This document shows, in pieces, positions 48,601-58,483 of a stretch of 64,000 nucleotides of DNA. Under the pieces are notes generated by a model. It worked only from the letters and a program-made list of their open reading frames with translations. It was not told the origin of the DNA and ran no database searches. Positions within the stretch are counted from its first letter, which is position 1; the number at the start of each line of letters is the position of its first letter. Made by a program: the position numbers and the translations under genes. The stretch is from an uncultured bacterium (GTDB lineage Bacteria > Zhuqueibacterota > QNDG01 > CAYUAG01): positions 549 through 64,548 of the forward strand of contig CAZKMO010000002.1 of NCBI GenBank assembly GCA_964554015.1, in the 5' to 3' direction.

Positions 48601-51600
48601 ATACAATGATTGCCTCCTCTACGCTCAAAAGAGTATGGAGTTATTATTACAGAAAAAAATATCTTTTAAACCATCCCGAAAAAATTCTCTGCGTATTGAA
48701 GCTTTGGGCTTGTCCATCCCGGTATGGAGTATGAAACAAATAGGAGGCGCATCTTCGGAAGGGTTTACTCCTGCAGATGAACTTGCCCTGGTATATGGAT
48801 TGATAAGTAAATCCCTGGAACATCAAAATTCCATATTTAAGGCTATTGAGTATGAAAACAAACGATTGGAAATATTTAAAAAGAGAAAAGATAAACTGGC
48901 GGAAAGGGTGGGTTACAACCGCCTGGGAAGTCTTTACTATAAAATTTCTGAATTTGATAAAGCCTGGAATAACTTTTATACCTCTCTTTTAATCTGCCGG
49001 GATTATGAGGATAGCGAAGGCAGCCGCATAAACAGCCTTAATCTCAGCACTATTGCCCTGACAGTTCAATCCCAGGATGATAATGACCGATATATAGATG
49101 CTACTCAAAAAATATTGACTGAAGAACTTGCAATACAGCAGTCCCCGGGTAGTGTATTGCAACCCAAGCAAATGATATTATTTCTAAGTAATCTGGGTAC
49201 ACTGCACCTGCTAAAAGCCAAGAGCAGCCATTCTGAAAAAAATTTGCCAGAGATGGTGAGTTCCCTGATGAATACAATCAAAAATATTCAACAGGCCCAG
49301 CACTATTTACTCCGAGCAGATTCTTTGGCCCAGCAGTATAACCTCAAACTGGAAAAATCAATTATTTTGAAAAACTTGGCTGAAGCAGCTAAGTTACTTA
49401 AAGAATACCCTGCAGCTTACCTTTATCTGGAAAAAAGTTATGCACTATTAAAAGAAAGCGGATATGAGTCATATATCTGGCCTGTTCTGTATGGAATGGC
49501 TAAAATTATTGATAATATACCTGATCAAAACCGTCATCAACCCTTTAAGGGAAAATCTTCCCTGGATCTTTATGCAGAGACCCTGACCTATATGGAACAT
49601 TCTCAAGTTAGGGATGTAAAAATTTGGGCTGACTCCCGGGAAAGCCAAAAAGTATACAGGGATTACTGTTTTGAATTAATACAGAGGGGAAAATACCAGG
49701 AGGGATTGGCAATTATTGAAAAAGGCAAACAGAGACAGATAACAGATATTATTGCAAAAAATCCACCTGAATTTCGAAAAGAACGGCATAAACTAATATG
49801 GGGAAATTTAAAGTATATCCAATCCCGATTATACCAGCTATATACTCAATTAACCGATCATACCCAGGAAAATAGTGAAAAGATAATAAATGAAAAGCTG
49901 CTCCAGGAAAAAGAAAATCTGGAAAAAGAATATAATCAAATTCTATCTACCATGAGAGCTGAAGATCCCATGCTGGCCTATTTATCTGGGGCTGAACCAG
50001 TAGCAGTAACCGCAGTACAAAATATCCTGACCCCGGAGCATTCTATATTATATTATGTTACAGGAGAGAGTCGTTCTCTGGTATGGGTGATTAATCGGGA
50101 ATCAATTAAATGTAAAATCCTTGATCTAAATGAAAAAAAGGCAAAATATTTAATTAATGCTTTGCTCAATAAAATTCAAAAAGATAGTGTCATTGTTCCC
50201 CTGAGTCGGGAACTGTATGATTATCTGCTTAAACCGGTAGAGAAAGACCTTGTGGGCAAATCAAAATTATTGCTTATTCCGGATAATATCTTATGGAATT
50301 GCCCTTTTGAAATTTTATATGACGGAAAGCAGTATGTATTCGATAAAATAACCACTCATTATGCCACCACACTCTCCGGCTACTATCTGGCTGTACAACA
50401 AAAAAAAGTAAACCAGAAAAGAGTACTGGGAGTCGGAAGCACACTACGGAAGGATATTTTTTCATCCTACACAAATCAGGTTCGGGAACAAACCCTGCTT
50501 TTAGATTATAGCGCTACAGAACCAAACTTTTTATCCCTGTCTGAAAATGCTGATATTATCCATACTGATCGATGGATTTTACCACGCCCGGATAATCCTC
50601 TGCTAACCTCTCTGGTACTTTTTCCGGGAGATGGAGAGGACGGCTATTTAAGCTTAAGAGAATTATTTGCCACTAATCAGAATGCCACCCTATTCATTAT
50701 GCCTCCCTTTTCAAAAGAACAAGATTACTTCTCTCTCAGATTTTTTATCGAGACGCTGCTGTACTGTGGCATTCCCTGTGTACAGGTAAATTGCTGGAAG
50801 GTTCCCGATGAAATTAAACAGGATTTTTATACCTTATTTTTCTCTCTTTTAGGTAAATATTCAGAAATGGAGGCTCTTTCCAGGGCAGTCAAAGAAATAA
50901 GAAAAACTAACAAGGCAATAAGGATTTGGGGTGGATTCCGTCTGGTAGGATTTGAGGGAATGGATGAAGAAGAGAATAAAATTTTCTCCCGAAATAATCT
51001 GGTAAACATGGTAAAAAAGGGACGAGCATTTACTTTGGATAAGGATTTTGATAATGCCATCAGGGCTCTGGAACAAGCACTTGATATGACTTATTCCATG
51101 AATGATAGGGAAAGCAGGCAAAAAATTCTAAAAGAGCTGGTATGGACATCGGTCCAGGGAGGAAAATGGTCTAAAGCTGCCCTATATCAACAACCTATCT
51201 ACCAATCAGCCCAAGCCTCGGGAAATACGGGATTGATAGTTAATGCCGGGAATACACTGGCAACTTTCTATTACCGGGAGGGAGAATATAAACAGGCAGC
51301 CGAGATTAAGCAGGACCTCATTAAGTTTCTGGAGAATAATCATTATTATGATATGGCCCCCTTATATGAATCACTGGCTTTGATACATGCTGCCGCCAGG
51401 GATTTTGACCAGGCCGTAGAAAAAATGAAACAAACTGAACAGATATACAAAACCAGAAATGATACTGCTTCTCTGGCTGCATCTGAAATCTGGCTGGGGA
51501 GGTTCGAACTGGAGCGAGATAATTTTCAACCAAGTATCCGGCATTTCGAACAAGGAATACAATTACTGACGTCTGCTGAAACTAAAAATGATTTATTTCA

Positions 51601-53860
51601 ATTAGCTTCTGCCTATCAATTGATAGGATTAGCCTACGAAAGACTCTCCATGTATAAACAAGCTCTTAATTTCCAGAAAAAAGGATTATCTGTTTTTTCT
51701 GCTTTAAAATCTTCTCTGCAGGAAGCACAAAGCTGGCAGTATATTGCCAATGTAGAATGGAAAACAGGTAATTACAGACAAGCCTTTAATTCCCAGCACA
51801 AAGCCCTGGAGGGTTTTAAAAAATATGGAACCCTGAAACATTTAATCATGGGGTATTCAACCTTGGGATTAATAAAAATGAATCTGGGAGATTATAAGCA
51901 GGCCTTTGAAGATGAACAGCAGGCTTTGGATCTCTGCGGCCAGGATCCTGCCTATTTATCTGATAAATCATCCGTCTTAAAAAATTTAGGGCTTATTATG
52001 ATTCAGCAGCAAGAATTTATCCGGTCTCTGGAATACTTTCAACAGGCAACCAAAATTGACAGCTCTCTTAATTCTTCCCGGGGATTGGCCTATGATTTTC
52101 GCAATCAAGGAATAGTAAAACTTTACCTGAATCAAATTCAAAAGGGAATCGGTTTCCTGGAAAAGGGCCTTACCCTTTCCCAAAATCTGGGAGACAGAAA
52201 TAATCAGGTGCGTTGTTTGTACGGATTAGCGCAGGCCTATACCCGACTTGAACAATATCATAAGGCTCTCCTGACTCTTGATCAGGGACTGAGTCTTATT
52301 GCGGAAGTTGTTATGCCGGAACAGGAATGGAGATTTTATCATTTGCGAGGTATTATTCTTTCCCTACTCGGGGATGATTTAACTGCCCTGAAAAGCTATG
52401 AGCAGGGTATTGCAGTGGTGGAAAGCATGCGGGCTGAACTGGGGGTGGAATCATTTAAACAGGGATTCATTGATGAAAGAATGGATATATATACTGATAT
52501 AATAACTCATCTTTTAAAAATAGGAAGAAAGGAACAAGCCTTAAACTATGTGGAAAGAGCAAAATCAAGAAGTTTTCTTGATATGCTTTCTCAGGAAAGA
52601 CTTGATCTCAGCACCACCGATAAAGAACTTTTAAATAAACTGGAAGCAATGCACAACAATATAGAAGAAGCCCGGATTATGATCACTTCTCTCACCAGGG
52701 AAAATACCGGCTCTAAGGAGGAACTACAATCTTGGAAAACAATATTAGCACAAAGACAAAAGGAATATGAACAGATACTGGTATCCATTCAAGCAGAGCA
52801 TAAACAACTGACTTCCTTGGTCAGTGTAAAACCCTGGGATTTCTCTCAAATACAAGCAATCATACCTCCCCAAAATATGATACTGGAATACTACCTCACC
52901 CGGGATAAAATCTTCATCTGGAGTATTTTTAATCATCAAATTATAGTAAAAATAACAGCAATTCAAAAAAGTGAACTCATAAATGTAATAAACAGATTCA
53001 GGAAAGCCATTAATAATTATCTTTCCACTGAGAAAGAAGCTAAAAATCTCTATCAATTGCTGGTGCAGCCAATTGAATCACATCTTACCACCATTGATCA
53101 TCTTATTATTATTCCCCATGGTGTTCTACATTACCTTCCCTTTTGTGCACTTCAAGATAATCAGGGAGAATATTTGATTGAAAAAATTTCACTTTCTCAG
53201 GCTCCCAGCAGTACCGTATTGGGATATTGTATGGAAAAACAAAAAAACATCAAGAATGAAAAGCAGAAATCAGTGTTGGCTTTTGGTAATCCTGATCTCG
53301 GAGATGAGCAATACAATCTCCCCTTTGCTGAGAAAGAAGTGCTTTCCCTGCAGAGAAATTATAATAATGTTACCTATTTTTTGGGAAAACAGGCTACTGA
53401 GCAGGCAGTGAAAAAATCGGTTTCTCAAAAAGATATTATCCATTTCAGTTGTCATGCCACCTTCGAACCGGAATCTCCGCTTTTTTCTTCTCTTCTATTG
53501 AGAGGAGAAAAGGGCGGAATCAGCAGGCTGGAAGCCCGGGAAATTTTCGGTTTGAAACTCAATGCTGAACTGGTAATGCTGAGTGCCTGTAAAACCGGAT
53601 TGGCATTCGTAAGTGAAGGCGATGAAATTATCGGCATGACCAGAAGTTTTCTCTATGCCGGAACTCAGACCATAATTTCAACCTTATGGAGCGTGGATGA
53701 CCTGGCAACTGCAGTGGCAGTAAAAAGATTTTATCGCTATCTTGCCTCTGGGTATTCCAAAGCTAAGGCCCTGCAGAAAGCCCAGTTAATCGTCAAGGAT
53801 ATGGTAAATGCCCATCCCGCGGCCTGGGCCAGTTTTCAGCTGACAGGAGAGTATAGATAG
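45698..53860 (+). CDS. giant (2720 aa) secreted TolB-like beta-propeller / multi-TPR / C-terminal CHAT (caspase-like) protease-domain protein
   Basis: Signal peptide; PD40/TolB repeats (LAFTSDRSGNRDIWI, IVFVSDREGGEDLWM, ILFVSFRDNIYGDLYL); long TPR-rich middle; C-terminal CHAT His/Cys dyad (IIHFSCHATF ... VMLSACKTG). Confidence 0.8.
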   Translation: MKPSWPFYLLFVGLLSFPKLSEAQVLKDVLQITTHPASDTDPTVSINGKWLAFTSDRSGNRDIWIKKLPHGKVTQITTSPSDDYQPCWSGNGKWLVFVSCRRDALGDIWLQKIKGGNPQGNPVQLTTHLGADCFPKVSPDSRNIVFVSDREGGEDLWMLQLSSGLLTRLTNKGGTEPSWSPDGKNILFVSFRDNIYGDLYLLSFSDKNSLKSEVKKLTSSGHDRIYSQPQWIPENNSIIFKKYSVDTDRDGKVTPLDNAAIWKATIVGEDSVPASILNYLKYREIQLTTDIYSDDHPCPHNQGGILYASQRKGSWDIYQIPGKGLFPLQENAYAQYSKAIEKSTEAVSEEEINQIILGYHRVLDYFPHDSVWAAKAFLQMGDLYRILGYPKKASAIYNLISIYYPSQKNEIASAQLQKASLTIYSIEERIDICQNIIATFKENTFISAQAWLILGDLFQQKGYSSESLQCYSYIVNYYPEMRNIQPLARLKIGDIFKQAEQFEAAEQNYVSVLREFKDSPLWRKRAAERIFANIRGNPSQKISSLRQLKQSAEDLPSLQAQAQLEISSILIKQKQFPEAIKELQSTQEMFPSLSWVQASSKIMLSEAYEKRSDELKAMYLLQEVIENFEFLEGGRFAHTAEEKLFLLLTSTAEQLLKTGDFELAEVRYRWARKYEPDNISVMRGMVEAGFRAGRVDIIINQLKDSIEVKPADPVLLYGLGLALSFKGEENIKVLQQSNAYLKQALEYNFTLIHPYRTLSFNYELIEQLQTREQEKTFWSRLGKTVTSPFRWLYHLLPFTPEEEKRRYYEQAIDALITALELNEEKNDPQMEALLAQNLANNFYHLGEFGYKNASEYYRKRIAIDTTFNTLLTKALFYQRFGHCEAVLRLPEAEPILKKAIQLYIKLGREEEEIQNRRMLAFFYQLIEKYDKSVSTYFQLVNYDQRTGNKAELQRDYRNLAYNLFLLGEYNDCLLYAQKSMELLLQKKISFKPSRKNSLRIEALGLSIPVWSMKQIGGASSEGFTPADELALVYGLISKSLEHQNSIFKAIEYENKRLEIFKKRKDKLAERVGYNRLGSLYYKISEFDKAWNNFYTSLLICRDYEDSEGSRINSLNLSTIALTVQSQDDNDRYIDATQKILTEELAIQQSPGSVLQPKQMILFLSNLGTLHLLKAKSSHSEKNLPEMVSSLMNTIKNIQQAQHYLLRADSLAQQYNLKLEKSIILKNLAEAAKLLKEYPAAYLYLEKSYALLKESGYESYIWPVLYGMAKIIDNIPDQNRHQPFKGKSSLDLYAETLTYMEHSQVRDVKIWADSRESQKVYRDYCFELIQRGKYQEGLAIIEKGKQRQITDIIAKNPPEFRKERHKLIWGNLKYIQSRLYQLYTQLTDHTQENSEKIINEKLLQEKENLEKEYNQILSTMRAEDPMLAYLSGAEPVAVTAVQNILTPEHSILYYVTGESRSLVWVINRESIKCKILDLNEKKAKYLINALLNKIQKDSVIVPLSRELYDYLLKPVEKDLVGKSKLLLIPDNILWNCPFEILYDGKQYVFDKITTHYATTLSGYYLAVQQKKVNQKRVLGVGSTLRKDIFSSYTNQVREQTLLLDYSATEPNFLSLSENADIIHTDRWILPRPDNPLLTSLVLFPGDGEDGYLSLRELFATNQNATLFIMPPFSKEQDYFSLRFFIETLLYCGIPCVQVNCWKVPDEIKQDFYTLFFSLLGKYSEMEALSRAVKEIRKTNKAIRIWGGFRLVGFEGMDEEENKIFSRNNLVNMVKKGRAFTLDKDFDNAIRALEQALDMTYSMNDRESRQKILKELVWTSVQGGKWSKAALYQQPIYQSAQASGNTGLIVNAGNTLATFYYREGEYKQAAEIKQDLIKFLENNHYYDMAPLYESLALIHAAARDFDQAVEKMKQTEQIYKTRNDTASLAASEIWLGRFELERDNFQPSIRHFEQGIQLLTSAETKNDLFQLASAYQLIGLAYERLSMYKQALNFQKKGLSVFSALKSSLQEAQSWQYIANVEWKTGNYRQAFNSQHKALEGFKKYGTLKHLIMGYSTLGLIKMNLGDYKQAFEDEQQALDLCGQDPAYLSDKSSVLKNLGLIMIQQQEFIRSLEYFQQATKIDSSLNSSRGLAYDFRNQGIVKLYLNQIQKGIGFLEKGLTLSQNLGDRNNQVRCLYGLAQAYTRLEQYHKALLTLDQGLSLIAEVVMPEQEWRFYHLRGIILSLLGDDLTALKSYEQGIAVVESMRAELGVESFKQGFIDERMDIYTDIITHLLKIGRKEQALNYVERAKSRSFLDMLSQERLDLSTTDKELLNKLEAMHNNIEEARIMITSLTRENTGSKEELQSWKTILAQRQKEYEQILVSIQAEHKQLTSLVSVKPWDFSQIQAIIPPQNMILEYYLTRDKIFIWSIFNHQIIVKITAIQKSELINVINRFRKAINNYLSTEKEAKNLYQLLVQPIESHLTTIDHLIIIPHGVLHYLPFCALQDNQGEYLIEKISLSQAPSSTVLGYCMEKQKNIKNEKQKSVLAFGNPDLGDEQYNLPFAEKEVLSLQRNYNNVTYFLGKQATEQAVKKSVSQKDIIHFSCHATFEPESPLFSSLLLRGEKGGISRLEAREIFGLKLNAELVMLSACKTGLAFVSEGDEIIGMTRSFLYAGTQTIISTLWSVDDLATAVAVKRFYRYLASGYSKAKALQKAQLIVKDMVNAHPAAWASFQLTGEYR

Positions 53861-54046
53861 TTTATTTATAAGGTTATTCAGGTCAATTTAAGTATAATTT
53901 CATGATTTATGATATAATATCTGAAAGGATTAACAATATCAGATAGAAAATTTTAAATAATCGTTTTACTATAACTCATTTAATTTCAATAATAGATTTT
54001 TCATCATTCTGTTAATCCTATTAATCCTGTTAAAAAGGAGGGAAAA

Positions 54047-54259
54047 ATGGGAATCATAAAATGGTCAAATCAAAAAATTAAATCCTATACTGTCTGGGAT
54101 ATCGGCGTTCTTAAGATTTTTTGTGTGATTGCCGGCCTGATCCTGGGAGCCTATGTTTCTTCTTTTGTAAAACAGTATCTTTGGTGGCTAATAATTATAA
54201 GTATTGTTCTGTTCATTTTTCTAATAATTCGATTTCTGACCGCAAAAATTAATACTTAG
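54047..54259 (+). CDS. small two-TM membrane protein (hypothetical)
   Basis: 70-aa ORF with GGAGGG SD and two hydrophobic helices. Confidence 0.4.
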   Translation: MGIIKWSNQKIKSYTVWDIGVLKIFCVIAGLILGAYVSSFVKQYLWWLIIISIVLFIFLIIRFLTAKINT

Positions 54260-54397
54260 TCTTTAATATCTAATATAGAAAAAATGATATCTGACAGAAT
54301 TTACAGAATATACAGGATTAATGTAATAATGATGATACAAAAAATAATTGTATAATCCTGTTAATCCTGTCTAAATAAAACGTATGGAGTTTTGGTA

Positions 54398-55060
54398 ATG
54401 CAGCTAATACTTTACCTGATCTTTTTATTGATGTTTATAGTTTTTTTCTTGGTCAGGGCAAAAATGCTGGAGAAAAATTGGCAGGTCTATATATTCAAAC
54501 CAGCTGCCACCTTACTGGTAATCGCCGTGGTGTTACTGTCCTTTCTGAAACCCGATTATAATACATTCTACTCAGTGGGTATACTGATAGGATTAATCCT
54601 TTCCCTGGGCGGTGATATATCCCTCATGTTTCAGGAAAACCGCAAAGCTTTTGCCCTGGGTTTGGGATTCTTCCTGCTTACTCATGTTACCTACTCAGTG
54701 GTTTTTATCAGACTGGGCCGCTTCTCAGCCCGGGATTTAATTTCTTTTGTGATCCTGTCAGCCGCAGGCTGGAGTTTTTACACGTTGCTAAAATCCAATT
54801 TGGGAAAGCTGAAACTGCCGGTTATTATATATATTATTGTAATTTCTCTCATGGTGAACCGGGCTGTTTCAACTTTGTTCAACTCATCCTCTTTTAATAC
54901 AGAACAAGCAATCATGATTTCATTGGGAGCAGGATTATTTTATATTTCCGATGTGATTCTGGCCGCAAACCGTTTCTGGAAACCCTGGAAATACCATCAT
55001 ATCAGTCTTATATTTTATTATACAGGACAATTTTTCATTGCTTTGGCAGCTAGTTATTAA
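54398..55060 (+). CDS. YhhN-family membrane protein (lysoplasmalogenase-like)
   Basis: Polytopic; GAGLFYISDVILAANRF motif typical of YhhN/TMEM86. ATG at 54398 after a GGAG SD; the ORF track used an upstream TTG. Confidence 0.6.
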   Translation: MQLILYLIFLLMFIVFFLVRAKMLEKNWQVYIFKPAATLLVIAVVLLSFLKPDYNTFYSVGILIGLILSLGGDISLMFQENRKAFALGLGFFLLTHVTYSVVFIRLGRFSARDLISFVILSAAGWSFYTLLKSNLGKLKLPVIIYIIVISLMVNRAVSTLFNSSSFNTEQAIMISLGAGLFYISDVILAANRFWKPWKYHHISLIFYYTGQFFIALAASY

Positions 55061-55176
55061 TCATTGTTTATGCCAGCGCTTAATAATAATCATCAAAACC
55101 ATTAATATTTAAAAATATAATACTAGAGTAACTTTTGCTATACTGAACAAAATCTAAAAAAAAGGGGAATTGCCTT

Positions 55177-56799
55177 ATGAAACAGTATGAAATATTTTTT
55201 AATAAAATAGTAAAAAGTAGGAATTTATTTGTTTTTATAACTATGATGTTTCTTTTTACCAGTAGAAGCATATTTACACAGACAATTATTAATACCTGGG
55301 AAGGAACCAGCTCAGAAACAGTTAACTACAAGTATATGTTAAATATAAATTTTCAGGGCCGCGAAAATGCCTATGCTAATATATGTTTTCCAAAAGATAT
55401 CGATACTCACTCATTTTCTCAAATAATTGGCAGTCATACCTTCAATTACAGCATTGAACCCGCTGATACAGCACTAATGAGAGATATTCACGGAAATGAA
55501 TATATGTGGGTTAAATGGAATACTCCTCTTGATAGTGTTAAAGTAACCTTCGAAGCAAATATTACCGTTAATACTGAATATGGAAAATTTATCAGTTCGG
55601 CTCATTATCCCCTTGCCTCCGAATTAATTCCCGACAGTATTCAGCAGTATTTAGAATCTACCTATAGTTGCCAATCAGAAGCACCTGAAATAATTAATTT
55701 AGCAGATTCGTTGGTGTTCAATTCTATCAGTGAAGCGGATGCAGTAATCAAAATAATTAATTGGGTTCGATATCATATGAAATGGATTTGTACCTGTTCT
55801 ATGCCTTTTGTATACAGCGATGCTTTAAATACTTTACTTTACGGGGGAGGAAATTGTGTTAATTTTGGTAATCTTTCCCTGGCTTTGCTCAGGGCAGCCG
55901 GAATTCCGACTCGAGAAGTATCAGGACCTATGATTCATGAATGGACTGCATCCTGCGGTCATCGATGGGTAGAGGCATACTATCCTGATAAAGGATGGAT
56001 TCAATATGAAACCTCCTACTGGATGCCCAATGAAGGGTCATTACCCTGGACATTTTTACTACCCAGACATATCAAAACATTTTCGGGTTCAGGAGTAGGA
56101 GTTTCATCAGGAAATTTTGTTGAAGAACATCAAACTTCTACAAATATCACCTCATCCCCTTCCCCAAAATTAATATCATCAGCATCTATAGATACGAATG
56201 CTTTTATAACATATTGTATTACCATAAGAAATGACCATTCCTATGAAGCTAATACTGTCTTTCTTTCCACTTCCGTAAATCCGAGTGATTGGCAGATTTT
56301 TCTTTCCCAGGATTCAATTTCTTTTTATCCTGAGGATCCCTGGGGAGAAACACGGGATATAGCCATTACCATTGCTCCCCCACAGCATATATCCCAAAAC
56401 GATACTGCTACAGTAAGAGTGACAGCAACTTCTCAATATTCAAAATCATTTAACCAATTGATTTACAGTTTTATACCAGATTTATCTAAAGTAGATGATA
56501 CCTTTATACAACCTGGTCCCGCAGATTTCTCTTTAATGCAAAACTATCCCAATCCTTTCAACAGTCAAACAATCATACAATATGCAGTTGAACGATCCGG
56601 TCATGTCTCACTTATCATATATGATATAAGGGGACGGAAAGTGTGCACATTGGTTGATACGAAGCAAGAGGCAGATCACTATTCAGTCACCTGGAATGGT
56701 ACAAATGATCAGGGTGAATTATTAGCTTCCGGCATTTATGTTTGCACAATGAAAACCAAAAATTTCTTTGAAAGGAAAAAAATTATTTATTTAAAATAG
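55177..56799 (+). CDS. transglutaminase-like cysteine protease-fold protein with T9SS C-terminal sorting domain (paralogue of 38147-39688)
   Basis: GGGNCVNFGNLSLALLRAAGIPTREV, H (GHRWV) and D (PDKGW). C-terminal MQNYPNPFNSQTIIQY...GIYVCTMK T9SS CTD. Confidence 0.75.
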   Translation: MKQYEIFFNKIVKSRNLFVFITMMFLFTSRSIFTQTIINTWEGTSSETVNYKYMLNINFQGRENAYANICFPKDIDTHSFSQIIGSHTFNYSIEPADTALMRDIHGNEYMWVKWNTPLDSVKVTFEANITVNTEYGKFISSAHYPLASELIPDSIQQYLESTYSCQSEAPEIINLADSLVFNSISEADAVIKIINWVRYHMKWICTCSMPFVYSDALNTLLYGGGNCVNFGNLSLALLRAAGIPTREVSGPMIHEWTASCGHRWVEAYYPDKGWIQYETSYWMPNEGSLPWTFLLPRHIKTFSGSGVGVSSGNFVEEHQTSTNITSSPSPKLISSASIDTNAFITYCITIRNDHSYEANTVFLSTSVNPSDWQIFLSQDSISFYPEDPWGETRDIAITIAPPQHISQNDTATVRVTATSQYSKSFNQLIYSFIPDLSKVDDTFIQPGPADFSLMQNYPNPFNSQTIIQYAVERSGHVSLIIYDIRGRKVCTLVDTKQEADHYSVTWNGTNDQGELLASGIYVCTMKTKNFFERKKIIYLK

Positions 56800-56829
56800 A
56801 TACAATTGTTATAAAAATAATTAATCAAT

Positions 56830-57609
56830 TTAACTGATAATACCATTTATATATTTTTTGGTTAAAGCATTTTCAGGATTATGGAAAAATTTTTCAGTGG
56901 TTCCGCATTCTATAACTTTCCCCAGATAGATGAATATCACATAATCAGCAATACGCTTTACCTGGCGCAGCACATGGCTCACCATCACTATGGTAAATTC
57001 CTGGGATAAATCTATTAAAAGGTCCTCTACCTTACGGGACGAAATAGGGTCCAAGGCGGAGGTCACTTCATCACATAAGAGGACTTCCGGCCCCACCGCT
57101 ATGGATCGGGCAATGGACAATCGCTGCTGTTGCCCCAGGGAAAGATCTGCTGCCGGGGAATCCAGCCTGTCTTTCACCTCATACCATAAATGTACTTTTT
57201 TCAGAGACTGCCGGACCTTTACATTAATTTCCTCCCGGGTCAATTCATGATGAACACTCAGCCCATAAGCAATATTTTTCCTGATAGAAAAGGGCAAAGG
57301 AGTCGGCTTCTGATGAATAAGCCCCACTTTTCTCCTCAGTTCGGGCAGCAGATGCCGGGGATGATATATATCTTCTCCGGCAATTTCCAACTTTCCGCTA
57401 ACCTTGACATTATCATTAATTTCATGCAGACGGTTCAGAGATTTAAGCAAGGTGGTTTTGCCACAGCCTGACGGCCCTATTATCATAGTAATTTTATTTT
57501 TGGGAATTTCAAAGTTAATATTCTTAACCGCAGAAAACCTTTTTTTATTATGATTATTATTATAGGTTATACTTAAATTTTTAACTTTAATAGCCGAAGA
57601 ATAATTCAT
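56830..57609 (-). CDS. pstB: phosphate ABC transporter ATP-binding protein
   Basis: GPSGCGKTTLLKSLNRLHE Walker A/PstB motif, LSGGQQQRL signature-like LSLGQQQRL, and Walker B LLCDEVTSALD. Confidence 0.9.
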   Translation of the reverse strand: MNYSSAIKVKNLSITYNNNHNKKRFSAVKNINFEIPKNKITMIIGPSGCGKTTLLKSLNRLHEINDNVKVSGKLEIAGEDIYHPRHLLPELRRKVGLIHQKPTPLPFSIRKNIAYGLSVHHELTREEINVKVRQSLKKVHLWYEVKDRLDSPAADLSLGQQQRLSIARSIAVGPEVLLCDEVTSALDPISSRKVEDLLIDLSQEFTIVMVSHVLRQVKRIADYVIFIYLGKVIECGTTEKFFHNPENALTKKYINGIIS

Positions 57610-57610
57610 C

Positions 57611-58483
57611 TTAATCTCCTGTAATATATTTGGAAAATTTTTTCTGAACTAAGCGGGTAATTATATTTAAAATCAAAATAATCAGTATAAGGATAAAAGC
57701 AGCAGCATAGGCATGATTTCTTACCGAAGGATAAAAAGAGTTTGCCTGTTGAAAAATCACTACAGGCAGAGTGGTGGCTGACTGAAATAATCCTTTGGGC
57801 ATAGTGCTGCCTGCACCAGTGGTAAAAATAACAGTTGCGGCATCTCCGATTCCCCGCCCCAAGCCGATTAAGATGCCTGCAATAATACCGGATAATGAAT
57901 ATTTAAAAATAATTTTGGTGGTTTCATACCTGGTCAGCCCCATAGAATAGGCATTTTCCCGTATCTCTTTGGGGACGGATTGAATTGCTTCATCCGCATA
58001 GCGCGTAATAATGGGAATTTCAAGCAGGGTAAGTGCAGCCATGCCGGCAATAAGACAACCTCGTTGATGAGTAAAAATAAGTATAATTAAAATAAAAACA
58101 CCAAAAATAATAGAAGGTGTTCCCCAGAGAATATCCAGAAGCACTCTTATAATATTCGCAAACTTTTTCGTACAGTAATCTGACTGTAAAAAAAGGGAAA
58201 CCGAGATCGCAAGCAGGGTAGCAATAATGGTAGCAGGAATAACCAAAAACATGCTGCCCAGAATTGCATGCAGAAACCCTCCTTCTCCACCCAGAAGATA
58301 TCTGGGTCCGGGTGGCTGAATAATGGTTTCCGGCATTTTCAGTAAAACAGATCCTCCCTTGATTATAGATACAAGTATTATCAATACCAGAGGGGCAAGG
58401 GTAAGCAAGATGGAAATAAGCATTAAAATCTTGAAAATTTTTTCTTCCAGGTATTTCATACTAATACCGCCATTTATTGGCAA
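57611..58483 (-). CDS. pstA: phosphate ABC transporter permease PstA (alternative start at 58459 would avoid overlap with pstC)
   Basis: Six-TM ABC permease with the EAA-like loop region, located between pstC and pstB. Confidence 0.85.
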   Translation of the reverse strand: MPINGGISMKYLEEKIFKILMLISILLTLAPLVLIILVSIIKGGSVLLKMPETIIQPPGPRYLLGGEGGFLHAILGSMFLVIPATIIATLLAISVSLFLQSDYCTKKFANIIRVLLDILWGTPSIIFGVFILIILIFTHQRGCLIAGMAALTLLEIPIITRYADEAIQSVPKEIRENAYSMGLTRYETTKIIFKYSLSGIIAGILIGLGRGIGDAATVIFTTGAGSTMPKGLFQSATTLPVVIFQQANSFYPSVRNHAYAAAFILILIILILNIITRLVQKKFSKYITGD

